Origin: Verrucomicrobiaceae bacterium | Lineage (GTDB): Bacteria > Verrucomicrobiota > Verrucomicrobiia > Verrucomicrobiales > Verrucomicrobiaceae | DNA: 64,000 nucleotides | Assembly (NCBI GenBank): GCA_021298725.1 | Contig: JAJTDU010000013.1 | Coordinates: 2,170 to 66,169 of the forward strand | Reading direction: 5' to 3' | Shown: positions 20,577 through 30,706 of the stretch, in pieces | Numbering within the stretch: position 1 is the stretch's first letter | How the letters are laid out: every line of letters starts with the position of its first letter | Position numbers and translations under genes: made by a program | Notes under the pieces: model-generated | Databases searched by the model: none | Told to the model about the DNA's origin: nothing | The model's input: only the letters and a program-made list of their open reading frames with translations

Positions 20577-21386
20577 ATGCATCGCAAATTTCTCCTTGCC
20601 CTGGCCTTGCTGGCGGCTGTCATCGCCACGATGAATGTTCCTGCCCAGGCGCAGCAGCCCGCGCCGGTCGTCACGTCCGCTGTCACACAAGCCGCCGCCT
20701 TGGAGGACAATCCGTATGCCGATGTGCTGACCTTTGAGGGTTTCGTGAAGCGCACCGGGGTCATGGCCTACCCGCTCATCATTCTCTCGATGATCGCCTT
20801 CTTCATGATCGTGCTTTTCACCTTCACCGTGAGGCAAGGCACCGTGGTCAGTGACGCCTTTATGAATTCGGCGGACGCACTGATCCGCAAGCAAGATTAC
20901 CTGGGGCTGCTGGCTGTTTGCAACCGCCGCAACGAGTGCATCGCCCGCATCACCTCCAAGACGCTGGATTTCGCCACACGCAACCCGACGGCAAGCTTTG
21001 AAGAGGTGAAGGAGGTCACCGAGGCTGAGGGCAATCGCCAGTCGAGCCTGCTGCTGGCCCGCATCGCCTATCTCGGCGACGTGGGGGCCGTGGCACCGAT
21101 GCTAGGGCTGCTCGGCACGACGTTGGGCATGATCACCACATTCCACGAGATTTCCGGCAAGGGCGCGGGTGGCTCCAGCCAGCTCGGCCTCGCACAGGGA
21201 GTGTCTGAAGCGCTGCTATGCACGGCTTCTGGCCTTGTGATCGGCATCCCAGCCCTGATTTTCTACGCCATCTTCCGTGGCAAGGTGAACCGCCTGATCT
21301 CAGAGATGGAGGCGGCGACGACGCACCTGATGGCACTGCTCGCGGTGCAGTACAAGAGAGCCGCGAGAGCGGTGGCCGGGCAGTAG
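20577..21386 (+). CDS. MotA/TolQ/ExbB proton channel protein
   Basis: APMLGLLGTTLGMITTF, GVSEALLCTASGLVIGIPA. Confidence 0.93.
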   Translation: MHRKFLLALALLAAVIATMNVPAQAQQPAPVVTSAVTQAAALEDNPYADVLTFEGFVKRTGVMAYPLIILSMIAFFMIVLFTFTVRQGTVVSDAFMNSADALIRKQDYLGLLAVCNRRNECIARITSKTLDFATRNPTASFEEVKEVTEAEGNRQSSLLLARIAYLGDVGAVAPMLGLLGTTLGMITTFHEISGKGAGGSSQLGLAQGVSEALLCTASGLVIGIPALIFYAIFRGKVNRLISEMEAATTHLMALLAVQYKRAARAVAGQ

Positions 21387-21488
21387 GAAATGACGAACTC
21401 CCGAATGACGAATGAATGACGAAGTTCCAACGACGAGTGACAGGAAGGCGGCCCTGGTTCGTCATGCGTCATTCTGATTTCGTCATGA
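21387..21488. repeat. Inverted short-tandem-repeat element (ATGACGAA arm / TTCGTCAT arm)
   Basis: Three ATGACGAA units followed by TTCGTCAT, CGTCATTC and TTCGTCAT, between exbB and exbD. Confidence 0.8.
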
Positions 21489-21501
21489 TCCCTTCACGCC
21501 C

Positions 21502-21951
21502 ATGAACTTCCGCAAACAGCACTCGATCGAACCCACGCCCATGCAGCTCGCGCCGCTGGTGGACGTGCTGTTCCTGCTGGTCATTTTCTTTGCCGTGACC
21601 TTCCAGTATGCGAAGGAGGAGCAGGTGATGGATGTGAGCGTGCCTGCGGCTGATGAAGGGAAGGAAAAGGAGTCCCGCAACGTCGGCGAGATCATCATCA
21701 ACATCAAAAAAGACGGTGAGATCATCGTCAACGGGCAGAAGTTCAACACCGACGAGCTGCTGGTGAAATTGCAAAACATTGTGGCACTCTACAAGGACCA
21801 AGCCGTGATCCTCCGTGGCGACGAAATCGTCAACTACCAGCATGTCATCCGTGTGCTAGACACCTGTCAGAAGGCGGGCATCTGGAACATCGCCTTCGCC
21901 ACCCGCAAGCCGGATGCCGACCAACCTGCCGCCACACCCTCCGTGAGCTGA
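21502..21951 (+). CDS. ExbD/TolR biopolymer transport protein
   Basis: LAPLVDVLFLLVIFF TM with conserved Asp, VILRGD...VIRVLD. Confidence 0.93.
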   Translation: MNFRKQHSIEPTPMQLAPLVDVLFLLVIFFAVTFQYAKEEQVMDVSVPAADEGKEKESRNVGEIIINIKKDGEIIVNGQKFNTDELLVKLQNIVALYKDQAVILRGDEIVNYQHVIRVLDTCQKAGIWNIAFATRKPDADQPAATPSVS

Positions 21952-21962
21952 TCTTTGCCAAG

Positions 21963-24406
21963 ATGCCAACCGCCTCACACCGCCGCCCCCTCCGCCTAGC
22001 CTCTGCGGCGTTTGGACTGATTGCTTTTTCCGCACTGGCCCAGCAGGTGCCTCCGCGTGCGCTTCCTGTCGAGGATGAGGCTCCAGTTCCGAAGGCCATT
22101 CCGGTGCCCACGCCGCCGAAAGCACAACCGGTGCTCGACGATCCGAGCGTGCGTCCTGCTCTGCCTCGGACCAAAGGGCCAGATGATGACATGTTCGACT
22201 TCGCAACGCTGGCCTATGAACGCCAGGAGTGGGACATCGCCGCGCAAGGCTATTCGAAGTATCTGCAAAAATTTCCCGCCGGACGCCAAGTGCCGGAAGC
22301 GCTTTACCGCATCGGTGAATGCTACATGAAGCAAAACCAGCTCAAACAAGCGGAAAGCTACTATGCGGAGGTGGTGACCCGCTACCCTGACAGCGAGGGC
22401 GCCCCCTCCGCCGCCTACCGCCTCGGCGCGACGACCTTCAACGAGTCGAAATTCACCGAGTCCGCGCGGTATTTCGCCTTCTGCGAGGCCAAACACAAGA
22501 GTGCCCAGGTGAAACTAGCCGCCGCCTACAACAAAAGCCGCGCTCATGAAATGATGGGAGATAAGGACAAACAGGCAGCCGCCCTGAAAACGGTCATTGC
22601 ATTCAAAACGGAGAATCCCTACCGAGAAACCGCTCTTCTCACGCTCGGGAGCATGTTCTTAGCGCAGGACAAGAAGACTGAGGCGCTTCCCATCTTCGAA
22701 GATCTCGTCAATACCAGCGCGGACCGCGCCATCGTGGCGGAGGCCTCCATCCGCGCCGCGGTGCTCTTCGCTGAGCTGAAAAAGCCAGACGAATCCATCC
22801 TGATGTTTGAAAAGACGCTGCGCATGCCGGAAACCAACGAGCAGAACCGCGGGATCGCGCTCATCGGCATCATCCAGGCTCCGAGGTTCTGCCGCCCGGA
22901 GCCTCGCGCGCCAAGATGCTGGTGCTCGTCGGTCACGCGTATCGCATGCGGAAGAGCTACGCACGCGCGGTGGAGATTTACCTGCTCGTCGAGCAATACC
23001 ATCCGGACACGGAGGAGGCCTTCAATGCCGGTTACTGGAAGCTCTACTGCTTCTACCTGCTCAATGACAGGGATCTCGGCGAATTCGCCACGGCCTTTAT
23101 CGCCAAACATGCGCAAAGCCGCGCAGCGCACGAGTATCTGTCCCTCGCCCGCCTCATCCGTGCAGATTTTTACTTTAACAAAGCCGACTACACTCAGGCC
23201 GTGGTCAGCTACACCGACGTCAACATCGACAAACTGCCAGAAAAGCTGCGTCCAGGCACGCTTTTTAACATGGGCTGGGCGCAGGCCGAGGCTGGACGCC
23301 AGCAGGAGGCCGTGGCCGCTTTCACCCGCTTCATCGAAGGATCCCCTCAGCATGAACTCCTCCCCAAGGCCTATGCCCGCCGAGGTCTGGCCCAACGCGA
23401 CGCCCGCGATCTGCCAAAGGCCAAGGCCGACTTCGAGCATGTGACGAAGGAATTTCCCAAATCCGATGCCTGCGAGATGGCCTGGCTCCATCTCGGCTTC
23501 ATCGCCATGGAACAGAAAGACCCGAAGGCCACCGTCACTGCCTTTGAGACGCTGCTAAAGAAGTACCCCACCACCACCGCCTCCGCACAGGCCTACTACG
23601 GTATCGGACGCGGAAACTTCGACCAGAAGCTCTACGACAAGGCCGTCCCTGCCCTGCGGCGTGCGATCGAGATCGACAGCCGCGACTACCTCGAAAAATC
23701 CAGCCAGCTCATCATCCTGTGCGATTACGCTCGGCAGAATGCCAACGACCTCGCCAAGACCATCGACAGCTACCTTGCGGCCAAGTCAGGTGGACAAGTG
23801 CCTCCAAACATTCTGAAATGGCTCGGCCTCAAACTCTACAGTGGTGAAGACTTCAAGCGCACCGCACGCTTCCTTGAGCTCGCCGTCACACCGCAGGCCC
23901 CGGAAAATACCGAGCCGGTCGTGTGGAACTACCTCGGCATGGCGCAGCTTCAGAACGCCCAATTTGACGCTAGCATCCAGGCCACCGACAACTTCCTCAA
24001 ATCCAACCCCGACGCGGCTGCTACCGCACGCGCCCAGCTCACCAAAGGCCGCGCCCTCCTTGGCAAGGGCAGCTTCGACGAGGCCGACAAAGTGGCCCAA
24101 GAAGCCCTGCAAGTGGTCAAAGACGGCAAGCTCCAGGCCGAGCTGCTCATCCTCGAAGGCGACATTTTCTCTGCCCAAGGCGACAAATTCGCCGCCCAGG
24201 GCCAGCAGGAAGCCGCCGTGGAGAAGTGGAAGGCCGGAGCCGCGAAATACGCCGTGCCCAGCCAGTTCTACGAAGATCCCGATGTCACGCCTGATGCACT
24301 GTTCAAAGCCTCCCAAGCCCTGCAAAAGTCAGGTGACGAGGCCCAGGCCAAACAGATGCTCAAGCAGCTCCAGCAACGCTATCCGAAGTATCAGCCGAAA
24401 AAATAG
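21963..24406 (+). pseudogene. Large periplasmic TPR-repeat protein, frameshifted near 22879
   Basis: Signal peptide and TPR repeats in ORF 21963 up to IGIIQA. TPR repeats resume in another frame (SEVLPPGASRAKMLVLVGHAY...) and continue to 24406. Confidence 0.8.
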
Positions 24407-24530
24407 AGCGCACTTCCAAGCTCGCTCACTTGGTTTCGTGTGTCTGCCGGCCCTGGGTGGTGGGAAAATTTTGGTTGCAGGTCTGAGGGTGAATTCGTAT
24501 CCAGTTTCTGTCGTCTTCACACAGCCCATC

Positions 24531-24893
24531 ATGAAACACATCCTCACCTTCATCACCGCCTGCGCCCTGCTCGCTGGCATCACGAACGCTGCCGAGCCGC
24601 TGAATACCGTCTGCCCGATCTCTGGCAAGCCTGCCAGCCCAGCGATCACCAGCAACTACAGCAAAACCGTCGCCGTCTGCTGCAACCGCTGCAAAGCCCA
24701 GTTCACTGCCGCGCCCAAGGCCTACCTCGTGAACATCTTGAGCGCCGTCGCTGGCCAGTGCCCGCTGAGCAAGAAAAAGGCCGACCCATCCATCACCGTC
24801 AGCTACTCACGCCAAGTCGCTTTTGCCGACGCTGCCAGCAAGGCCACGTTTGACGCCGCGCCGCACAAGCACATCAAGGAAGTGCGCCAGTAA
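24531..24893 (+). CDS. Secreted tandem YHS/TRASH-like Cys-rich protein
   Basis: MKHILTFITACALLAG signal, CPISGKPA...CCNRCKAQF, then a second repeat CPLSKKKAD...AFADAASKATF. Confidence 0.75.
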   Translation: MKHILTFITACALLAGITNAAEPLNTVCPISGKPASPAITSNYSKTVAVCCNRCKAQFTAAPKAYLVNILSAVAGQCPLSKKKADPSITVSYSRQVAFADAASKATFDAAPHKHIKEVRQ

Positions 24894-25145
24894 TTTTGAT
24901 TCACTCACCCGGCGGAACTTCAGCCAGCGGCACCGGACGTTGATCAAGGCAAGGCGATCATCGGTGACGCCGCCTATCTGGCCGATGGCGAGATCGGCGA
25001 GACGTCAACCCACGCCGTGGGTAATGAGCCGCTGTGCCTGCACGCATGGCGGATTCAGATTTTTAAACCACTCATCACACACTGATGACGGAATCAGATC
25101 CATCCGTGTTGGATTAGTGAGCATGAGTGGTTCAAAAGTCTGGCG

Positions 25146-26315
25146 ATGAACCACGATCTGACCGACCCAGGGTATCGCAAGGAGCTGCGGAAGCTCTACC
25201 GCGACACGTTGCTCCACGATGTGATGCCGTTCTGGCTGAAACATGGCATGGACCGTGAGTTTGACGGCATCATCACCTCATTGGATCGAGATGGGTCGAT
25301 TCTGGACACGGACAAGAGCCTTTGGTTCCAGGGACGAGCGGCTTGGTCCTTCGCCACGCTGTACAACACCGTGGAACAGCGCAGCGACTGGCTGGACGCG
25401 GCGGGATCGTGCCTGGCGTTCCTCCAGCGGCACGGCTATGCGACGGATGGGAAGCTCTTCTTCAGCGTGACACGGGAGGGTAAGCCGCTGCGTATGCGGC
25501 GCTATGTGTTCAGCGAGGCGTTTTCCGCCATCGCGCATGCGGCTTATGCGAAGGCGACGGGCGACGAAAGCTATGCGGAACGGGCGCGGAAGGACTTCGC
25601 GACGTATTTGAAGCACTCGTTTGAGAAAGGCCTGATGCAGCCGAAGATCGAGCCGAACACGCGACCGATGATGGGCATCGGCGCCCTCATGATCGGCATC
25701 GCGACGGCGCAGGAGCTGCGCGTGAACCTGGGTGACGTGAAGATTTCCGGTCACAGCTGCTCGGAATGGGTGGATCGTTTCATCCTGGAGATTCAGCAGT
25801 TCTTTTTCAAACCGGACCTCGGGGTGCTGATGGAGATCGTTTCGCCCGACGGGTCAATCATCGACCATTTCGACGGAAGGACGCTGAATCCGGGCCATGC
25901 GCTGGAGTGCGCGTGGTTCATCCTACATGAGGGCCGCTGGCGGGGTGAGAAGAGCTACCTCAAGCTCGGCCTGGCGATCCTCGACGGCATGTGGCAGCGC
26001 GGCTGGGACACGGAGTACGGCGGCCTTTTCTACTTCCGCGATGTCTTCCACAAACCGGTGCAGGAATACTGGCATGACATGAAATTCTGGTGGCCGCACA
26101 ATGAGGCCATCATCGCCACGCTGCTGGCCTGGCACATCACCGGAGACGCCAAATATGCGCAGTGGCACCAGCAGGTGCATGACTGGAGCTTCGCGCACTT
26201 CCCGGACCCGCAACACGGCGAGTGGTTCGGCTATCTGCACCGCGACGGCACGCCCTCGGTCATGAGGGGTGGAGAGGTCAAGCAGGTCACGGCACGACAC
26301 TTGACCACTGCTTGA
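25146..26315 (+). CDS. AGE-family (N-acylglucosamine 2-epimerase-like) protein, C-terminus apparently lost
   Basis: DTDKSLWFQGR, NPGHALECAWF, MKFWWPHNEA, GEWFGYLHRDG. The expected final KG-x-FH helix is replaced by repeat-derived sequence. Confidence 0.85.
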   Translation: MNHDLTDPGYRKELRKLYRDTLLHDVMPFWLKHGMDREFDGIITSLDRDGSILDTDKSLWFQGRAAWSFATLYNTVEQRSDWLDAAGSCLAFLQRHGYATDGKLFFSVTREGKPLRMRRYVFSEAFSAIAHAAYAKATGDESYAERARKDFATYLKHSFEKGLMQPKIEPNTRPMMGIGALMIGIATAQELRVNLGDVKISGHSCSEWVDRFILEIQQFFFKPDLGVLMEIVSPDGSIIDHFDGRTLNPGHALECAWFILHEGRWRGEKSYLKLGLAILDGMWQRGWDTEYGGLFYFRDVFHKPVQEYWHDMKFWWPHNEAIIATLLAWHITGDAKYAQWHQQVHDWSFAHFPDPQHGEWFGYLHRDGTPSVMRGGEVKQVTARHLTTA

Positions 26316-26337
26316 CTCTTTGACGACTGCTTGACCC
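26270..26337. repeat. Inverted short-repeat element (GGTCAAG / CTTGAC units)
   Basis: gaggtcaagcaggtca followed by cttgaccactgcttgactctttgacgactgcttgacc. Confidence 0.6.
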
Positions 26338-26377
26338 GCGCAGCCAGATGTCGAGTAACGAAAAACGCACTACGGGG

Positions 26378-26406
26378 TTGAGCCGCAGGCAAGCCACCGC
26401 TAGCGT
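26378..26406 (+). promoter_or_regulatory. Putative sigma70 promoter for pilT pair
   Basis: TTGAGC-17 nt-TAGCGT, 8 nt before ATG 26415. Confidence 0.5.
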
Positions 26407-26414
26407 TTTCTGCC

Positions 26415-27467
26415 ATGGCCATTTCCGTAGATGACATCCTGCAAGCCGCCGAAGAGCATCAGGCGAGCGACATTTTCCTCCAAGAAGGCGAGGTGCCGCG
26501 AATGAAGATCAACGAGCAGCTCATGATCTTTGGCGACGAACCACTGCTACTGCCGAACATGGCTGGCCTCTGGCAGATCTGCGGCGGGGACACGCTGAAA
26601 GACATGGATGTGGACACGGGCATGATCTCGCGCTCCGGCATCCGCTTCCGGGTGAATTTGCACAAGGTGCTGGGCAGACTGGCCGCCACGCTGCGGCGCA
26701 TCCGCACGGACATGCCGTCTCTGGGTGCGCTGGGTGCGCCCGAGTGGCTGCTGACGCGCTGGGGCCAGCAGGAGCACGGCATGGTGCTGGTCACGGGCTC
26801 CACCGGCCAGGGAAAATCCACCACGCTGGCCGGGCTGCTGCACTGGATGAACACGAACGTGGCCCGCCACATCGTGACGATCGAAGATCCGGTGGAGTAC
26901 ATCTTCACCAACAACCGCAGCATGTTCACCCAGCGCGAGGTGGGCCGCGACACGCCGAGCTTCACCCGCGGCCTACGCGCCGCCATGCGCCAAGCGCCGG
27001 ATGTGATCTTCGTGGGGGAAATTCGCGACCACGACACTGCCTTCACCGCGCTGCAAGCCTGCGAGACGGGGCATCTCGTCATCGCCTCCATGCACTCCGC
27101 TACCGTGGCAGACACGATGGAGCGCTTTGTGAACTTGTTCCCCGCTGACCAAGTCGGCATCGGCCTGCATCTACTCTCCCACCAGCTCCTCGGTGTGCTG
27201 TGCCAGAAACTGGTGCCGGATCTGACCGGCAGGCTCACCCTGATGGTGGAGCATCTGCAAAACGGCGGTGCGGTGCGCGACTGGATCGCACGGCGCGCCG
27301 TCTCCGACATCGCGGAATACATGACCCGCGCCGGTGACCCCAACTGCCGCACCTTCCTCCAGTCCATCGTGGCCGCCTTTGGCGCCGGTGTCATCGACGA
27401 GGCGACCGCCATCGCCGCCGCTGGCAACGAGGCCGAGTTCCGCCGCGCGGCGCGGGGCATCTCCTGA
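26415..27467 (+). CDS. PilT/PilU family type IV pilus retraction ATPase
   Basis: GSTGQGKST, TIEDPVE, QREVGRD, MRQAPDVIFVGEIRD, ETGHLV. Confidence 0.92.
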   Translation: MAISVDDILQAAEEHQASDIFLQEGEVPRMKINEQLMIFGDEPLLLPNMAGLWQICGGDTLKDMDVDTGMISRSGIRFRVNLHKVLGRLAATLRRIRTDMPSLGALGAPEWLLTRWGQQEHGMVLVTGSTGQGKSTTLAGLLHWMNTNVARHIVTIEDPVEYIFTNNRSMFTQREVGRDTPSFTRGLRAAMRQAPDVIFVGEIRDHDTAFTALQACETGHLVIASMHSATVADTMERFVNLFPADQVGIGLHLLSHQLLGVLCQKLVPDLTGRLTLMVEHLQNGGAVRDWIARRAVSDIAEYMTRAGDPNCRTFLQSIVAAFGAGVIDEATAIAAAGNEAEFRRAARGIS

Positions 27468-27573
27468 GGAGTTTGCGGTAGTTGACGATTGTTTGCCATG
27501 GTTGCCCATCCGAAACAGCCTTCCCTTTGTGAAAACCACCGCCAACCACTGCCAACAACTGCCAACCACCGCC
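27468..27573. repeat. Inverted decamer tandem-repeat element
   Basis: Right arm aaccaccgcc-aaccactgcc-aacaactgcc-aaccaccgcc. The left arm is a degenerate complement (ggtagttgac/gattgtttgc/catggttgcc). Confidence 0.75.
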
Positions 27574-27583
27574 TTCCCCAGCC

Positions 27584-28678
27584 ATGCGTAACCACGATCT
27601 TATCGAATATCTCTTCATGGTCATCGAGCGTGGCGGCTCCGACCTGCACATCAGCGCGAACTCACCGCCGATGGGCCGCATCAACGGCGTGCTCACAGCC
27701 GTCACCGATGAGGTTTTGGAAATCATCGACCTGCGCGAGCTGATCTTCGGCGTGCTGAAGGAAAACCAGCGTGCGGAACTGGAGCAGAAATGGGAGCTCG
27801 ACTTCGCCATCCAGGTAGAGAACCTCGGTCGTTTCCGTGGCAATGCCTGCTATGTGATGGGCCGCATTGAGGCCTCCTTCCGCTACATCCCGGCGCAGAT
27901 CCCGGAACTGCGCGATCTGGGCCATGGCCCGGCGGTCGAGGGCTTCAGTGAGCTGCGTGACGGGCTGATCCTCGTCACCGGCACCAGCAACAGCGGCAAG
28001 ACGACCACCCTGGCCTCGCTAACGCAGCACATCACCCGCACCCGGCAGGTGAACATCGTCAGCATCGAAGACCCAATCGAGTATTTGTTCTCCCACCAGA
28101 AAAGCCTCGTGCGCCAACGCCAAGTCGGCGCGGATACCCACAACTTTACCTCCGCCATCAAGAGCGCCCTGCGCCAGGACGCAGATGTCATCGTCGTCAG
28201 TGAGCTGCGCGACCTGGAGACCATGCGCACCGCGCTCACCGCAGCGGAAACGGGCCATCTCGTCATCAGCACCCTGCACACGCATGACGCGCCCAGCACC
28301 GTGTTGCGCATCCTCGACGCATTCCCAGAAGAGCAGCAAGATTTCGTGGCCTCGCAGCTCGCCAGTTCGCTCAAAGGGGTGATCTGCCAGTCGCTCATCG
28401 CCCGCCATGACCAGCCAGGCCGCGTGATGGCCTCTGAGATCATGGTGGTCAACCAGGGCATCGCTTCCAGCATCCGCTCACGCCGTTTGTCGCAGCTCGG
28501 GAACCTCATCCAGATCGGCGGCATCGACGGCATGCACACCATTGATGACAGCCTCATGCATCTGGCCAGTTACGGCTTCATTACTTTGGATGACGCCATG
28601 ATCCGCGCCCGTGACCCGGAATTTGTGAAAATCGGTTTCCAGAAGTTTCTCCAGGAGCGCTCTGGCAAAAAGCGATGA
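27584..28678 (+). CDS. pilT: PilT family type IV pilus retraction ATPase
   Basis: GSDLHIS, GRFRGN, GTSNSGKTT, SIEDPIE, ALRQDADVI, AETGHLVISTLHT. Confidence 0.9.
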   Translation: MRNHDLIEYLFMVIERGGSDLHISANSPPMGRINGVLTAVTDEVLEIIDLRELIFGVLKENQRAELEQKWELDFAIQVENLGRFRGNACYVMGRIEASFRYIPAQIPELRDLGHGPAVEGFSELRDGLILVTGTSNSGKTTTLASLTQHITRTRQVNIVSIEDPIEYLFSHQKSLVRQRQVGADTHNFTSAIKSALRQDADVIVVSELRDLETMRTALTAAETGHLVISTLHTHDAPSTVLRILDAFPEEQQDFVASQLASSLKGVICQSLIARHDQPGRVMASEIMVVNQGIASSIRSRRLSQLGNLIQIGGIDGMHTIDDSLMHLASYGFITLDDAMIRARDPEFVKIGFQKFLQERSGKKR

Positions 28679-28711
28679 AAAAAGCGGAACCGGTTTCCCG
28701 GTTCCGCCTTT
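28679..28711. terminator. Bidirectional intrinsic terminator
   Basis: Stem GCGGAACCGG-TTTC-CCGGTTCCGC, flanked by an A-run and CTTT, between convergent genes. Confidence 0.8.
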
Positions 28712-28741
28712 CAAACGCTGAGGAATTCAGCGCGTGGCCGT

Positions 28742-28927
28742 TTACTTGTTCTTGGCGTCGAACTTGGCTTTGCAGTTGTTGCAGCAGAAGGCCACGGTTT
28801 TGCCGTCTTTGCCTTTGCTGGTGATGCTGGAGTCAGCAGGCTTGCCGCTGATGGGGCATTTGTCAGCCGCAGCAGCCAGACCGGCGGATGCGAAGGAGAG
28901 GGCAATGATAGAGAGCAGAGTTTTCAT
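28742..28927 (-). CDS. Small secreted YHS/TRASH-like Cys-rich protein
   Basis: Signal peptide plus CPISGKPAD...VAFCCNNCKAKF, 61 aa. Confidence 0.75.
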   Translation of the reverse strand: MKTLLSIIALSFASAGLAAAADKCPISGKPADSSITSKGKDGKTVAFCCNNCKAKFDAKNK

Positions 28928-29085
28928 CGATTGAGTATGTTTGGTATGTTTGGAGCCAGGCGGAATTGCCGGGCTACCTCAAAAAACGTACGAAACTCTG
29001 CGTTTGTTGTCGATTCTTATCTTTTCCTTGCCATGCCGCCTGCCGCCCCCCTAAAACACGCGGCCCAACCGACACTCCGACCAAC

Positions 29086-30411
29086 ATGAGTTTTCTCTCC
29101 CGCGAAGCCACCGTCGCCAAACCTGGATTTAGCCGCTGGCTCGTCCCTCCCGCCGCCGTGGCGGTTCACATGTGCATCGGTCAGGTGTATGCCTTCAGCG
29201 TGTTCAACAAACCCCTGGGCACGGAACTGGGCCAGGATGTCTTTTGGGTGAACATCGCCTATCAGATCGCGCTGGCGATGCTGGGCATCTCGGCGGCGGT
29301 GTTTGGGAAATGGGTGGAGCGCAGCGGTCCGCGCAAGACGATGATCGCCTCTTGCTGCTGCTTCTGTGGCGGCCTGCTGATCGCCGCGCTGGGCGTGAAG
29401 CTCAAATCCCTGGCGCTCATCTGGGGCGGCTACGGCTTCGTCGGCGGCATCGGTCTGGGTCTCGGCTACATCGCCCCCGTCTCCACTTTGGTGAAGTGGT
29501 TCCCTGACCGTCCCGGCATGGCCACGGGCATGGCCATCATGGGCTTCGGTGGCGGGGCGCTCATCGGATCTCCGCTGGCGCAGGAGCTGATGAACTACTT
29601 CGCCCCAAGCGGTGGCACCGGGGCAATGAAGGCGCTGATGACGATGTCCGCGCTGTATGCCTGCTTCATGCTGTTCGGGGCCTTCATCGTACGCGTTCCC
29701 GCTGCTGGCTGGAAGCCGGAGGGTTATGAACCAAAAGCCGCCGCCTCCCACGGCATGATCACCACCGCCAGCGTGTCGGTGGACACCGCGTGGAAGACAC
29801 CGCAGTTTTGGCTGCTGTGGACCGTGCTCTGCATGAACGTCAGCGCTGGCATCGGCGTGCTCGGACGCGCGGCGGACATGTGCATGGACATGTTCGGCGT
29901 CGGCGTGGCCATCGGTGCGGGCTTCACTGGGCTGCTGAGCATCTTCAACATGGGCGGGCGCTTCGTGTGGTCCTCCATCTCCGACTTCACCGGGCGGAAG
30001 GCCGTCTATTGCATTTATTTCATCCTCGGTGCCGCACTTTACGCCCTCCTGCCCTACACGCAGGAGACGCAAAACCGCACGCTCTTCGTCATCTGCACCG
30101 CGCTCATCATCAGTATGTATGGCGGCGGCTTCGCCACCATCCCGGCGTATTTGAAGGACATGTTTGGCACCTATCAGGTCGGTGCGATCCATGGACGGCT
30201 CATCACCTCCTGGAGCATGGCCGCGGTGATCGGCCCGCTTCTCATCAATGGCCTCTATTCCAGCCGCGTCGCCGCCGGCGTGCCAAAGGCAGAGGCCTAC
30301 AACAACACCTTCTACCTCATGTGCGGCCTCCTTGGCATCGGCCTCATCGCCAATCTGCTCGTCCGCCCAGTTGATCCCAAATACCACGTCAAAGACACGC
30401 CCACCGCCTGA
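29086..30411 (+). CDS. OFA (oxalate/formate antiporter) family MFS transporter
   Basis: SRWLVPPAAVAVHMCIGQVYAFSVF, KWFPDRPGMATG, YGGGFATIPAYL, GAIHGRL. Confidence 0.92.
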   Translation: MSFLSREATVAKPGFSRWLVPPAAVAVHMCIGQVYAFSVFNKPLGTELGQDVFWVNIAYQIALAMLGISAAVFGKWVERSGPRKTMIASCCCFCGGLLIAALGVKLKSLALIWGGYGFVGGIGLGLGYIAPVSTLVKWFPDRPGMATGMAIMGFGGGALIGSPLAQELMNYFAPSGGTGAMKALMTMSALYACFMLFGAFIVRVPAAGWKPEGYEPKAAASHGMITTASVSVDTAWKTPQFWLLWTVLCMNVSAGIGVLGRAADMCMDMFGVGVAIGAGFTGLLSIFNMGGRFVWSSISDFTGRKAVYCIYFILGAALYALLPYTQETQNRTLFVICTALIISMYGGGFATIPAYLKDMFGTYQVGAIHGRLITSWSMAAVIGPLLINGLYSSRVAAGVPKAEAYNNTFYLMCGLLGIGLIANLLVRPVDPKYHVKDTPTA

Positions 30412-30420
30412 TTTCACGCC

Positions 30421-30534
30421 ATGAAAGCCATCCTCATCTGGATCATCGTCTCCACCCCGCTGCTCTGGGGTGTCACTCAATCCGTGAAAAAATCTATGCC
30501 GCTGTTTGGGGTGGAGGCGGTGGTGAAAAAGTAG
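30421..30534 (+). CDS. Small membrane protein accompanying the OFA transporter
   Basis: MKAILIWIIVSTPLLWGVTQSVKKSMPLF..., 37 aa, 9 nt after the MFS stop. The W-x5-PLxWGV pattern matches small subunits of these MFS transporters. Confidence 0.75.
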   Translation: MKAILIWIIVSTPLLWGVTQSVKKSMPLFGVEAVVKK

Positions 30535-30706
30535 CCGGCATGCTTCTTTCGCCGCATGGTGCGGGTGTGGTCGGATACTGCGCAGACTTGCCCCCGGCTA
30601 CCATCTCTGATGCCTCCGGAATCGCTAAGCGCCATTCCTTGGCACCACCTCATTCATTCCTCACTTTCCCCTCGAATCCCGACCGCACAGCGCTTTGATG
30701 CGCCCC

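Noticed and set aside
23841-24530. N-terminal 230 aa of the 350-aa ORF
   Set aside because: Alternative frame of the TPR gene. The real protein starts at ATG 24531 with a signal peptide.
27468-27573. Possible CRISPR array
   Set aside because: 10-nt tandem units with no unique spacers and no cas genes. Treated as an inverted tandem-repeat element.
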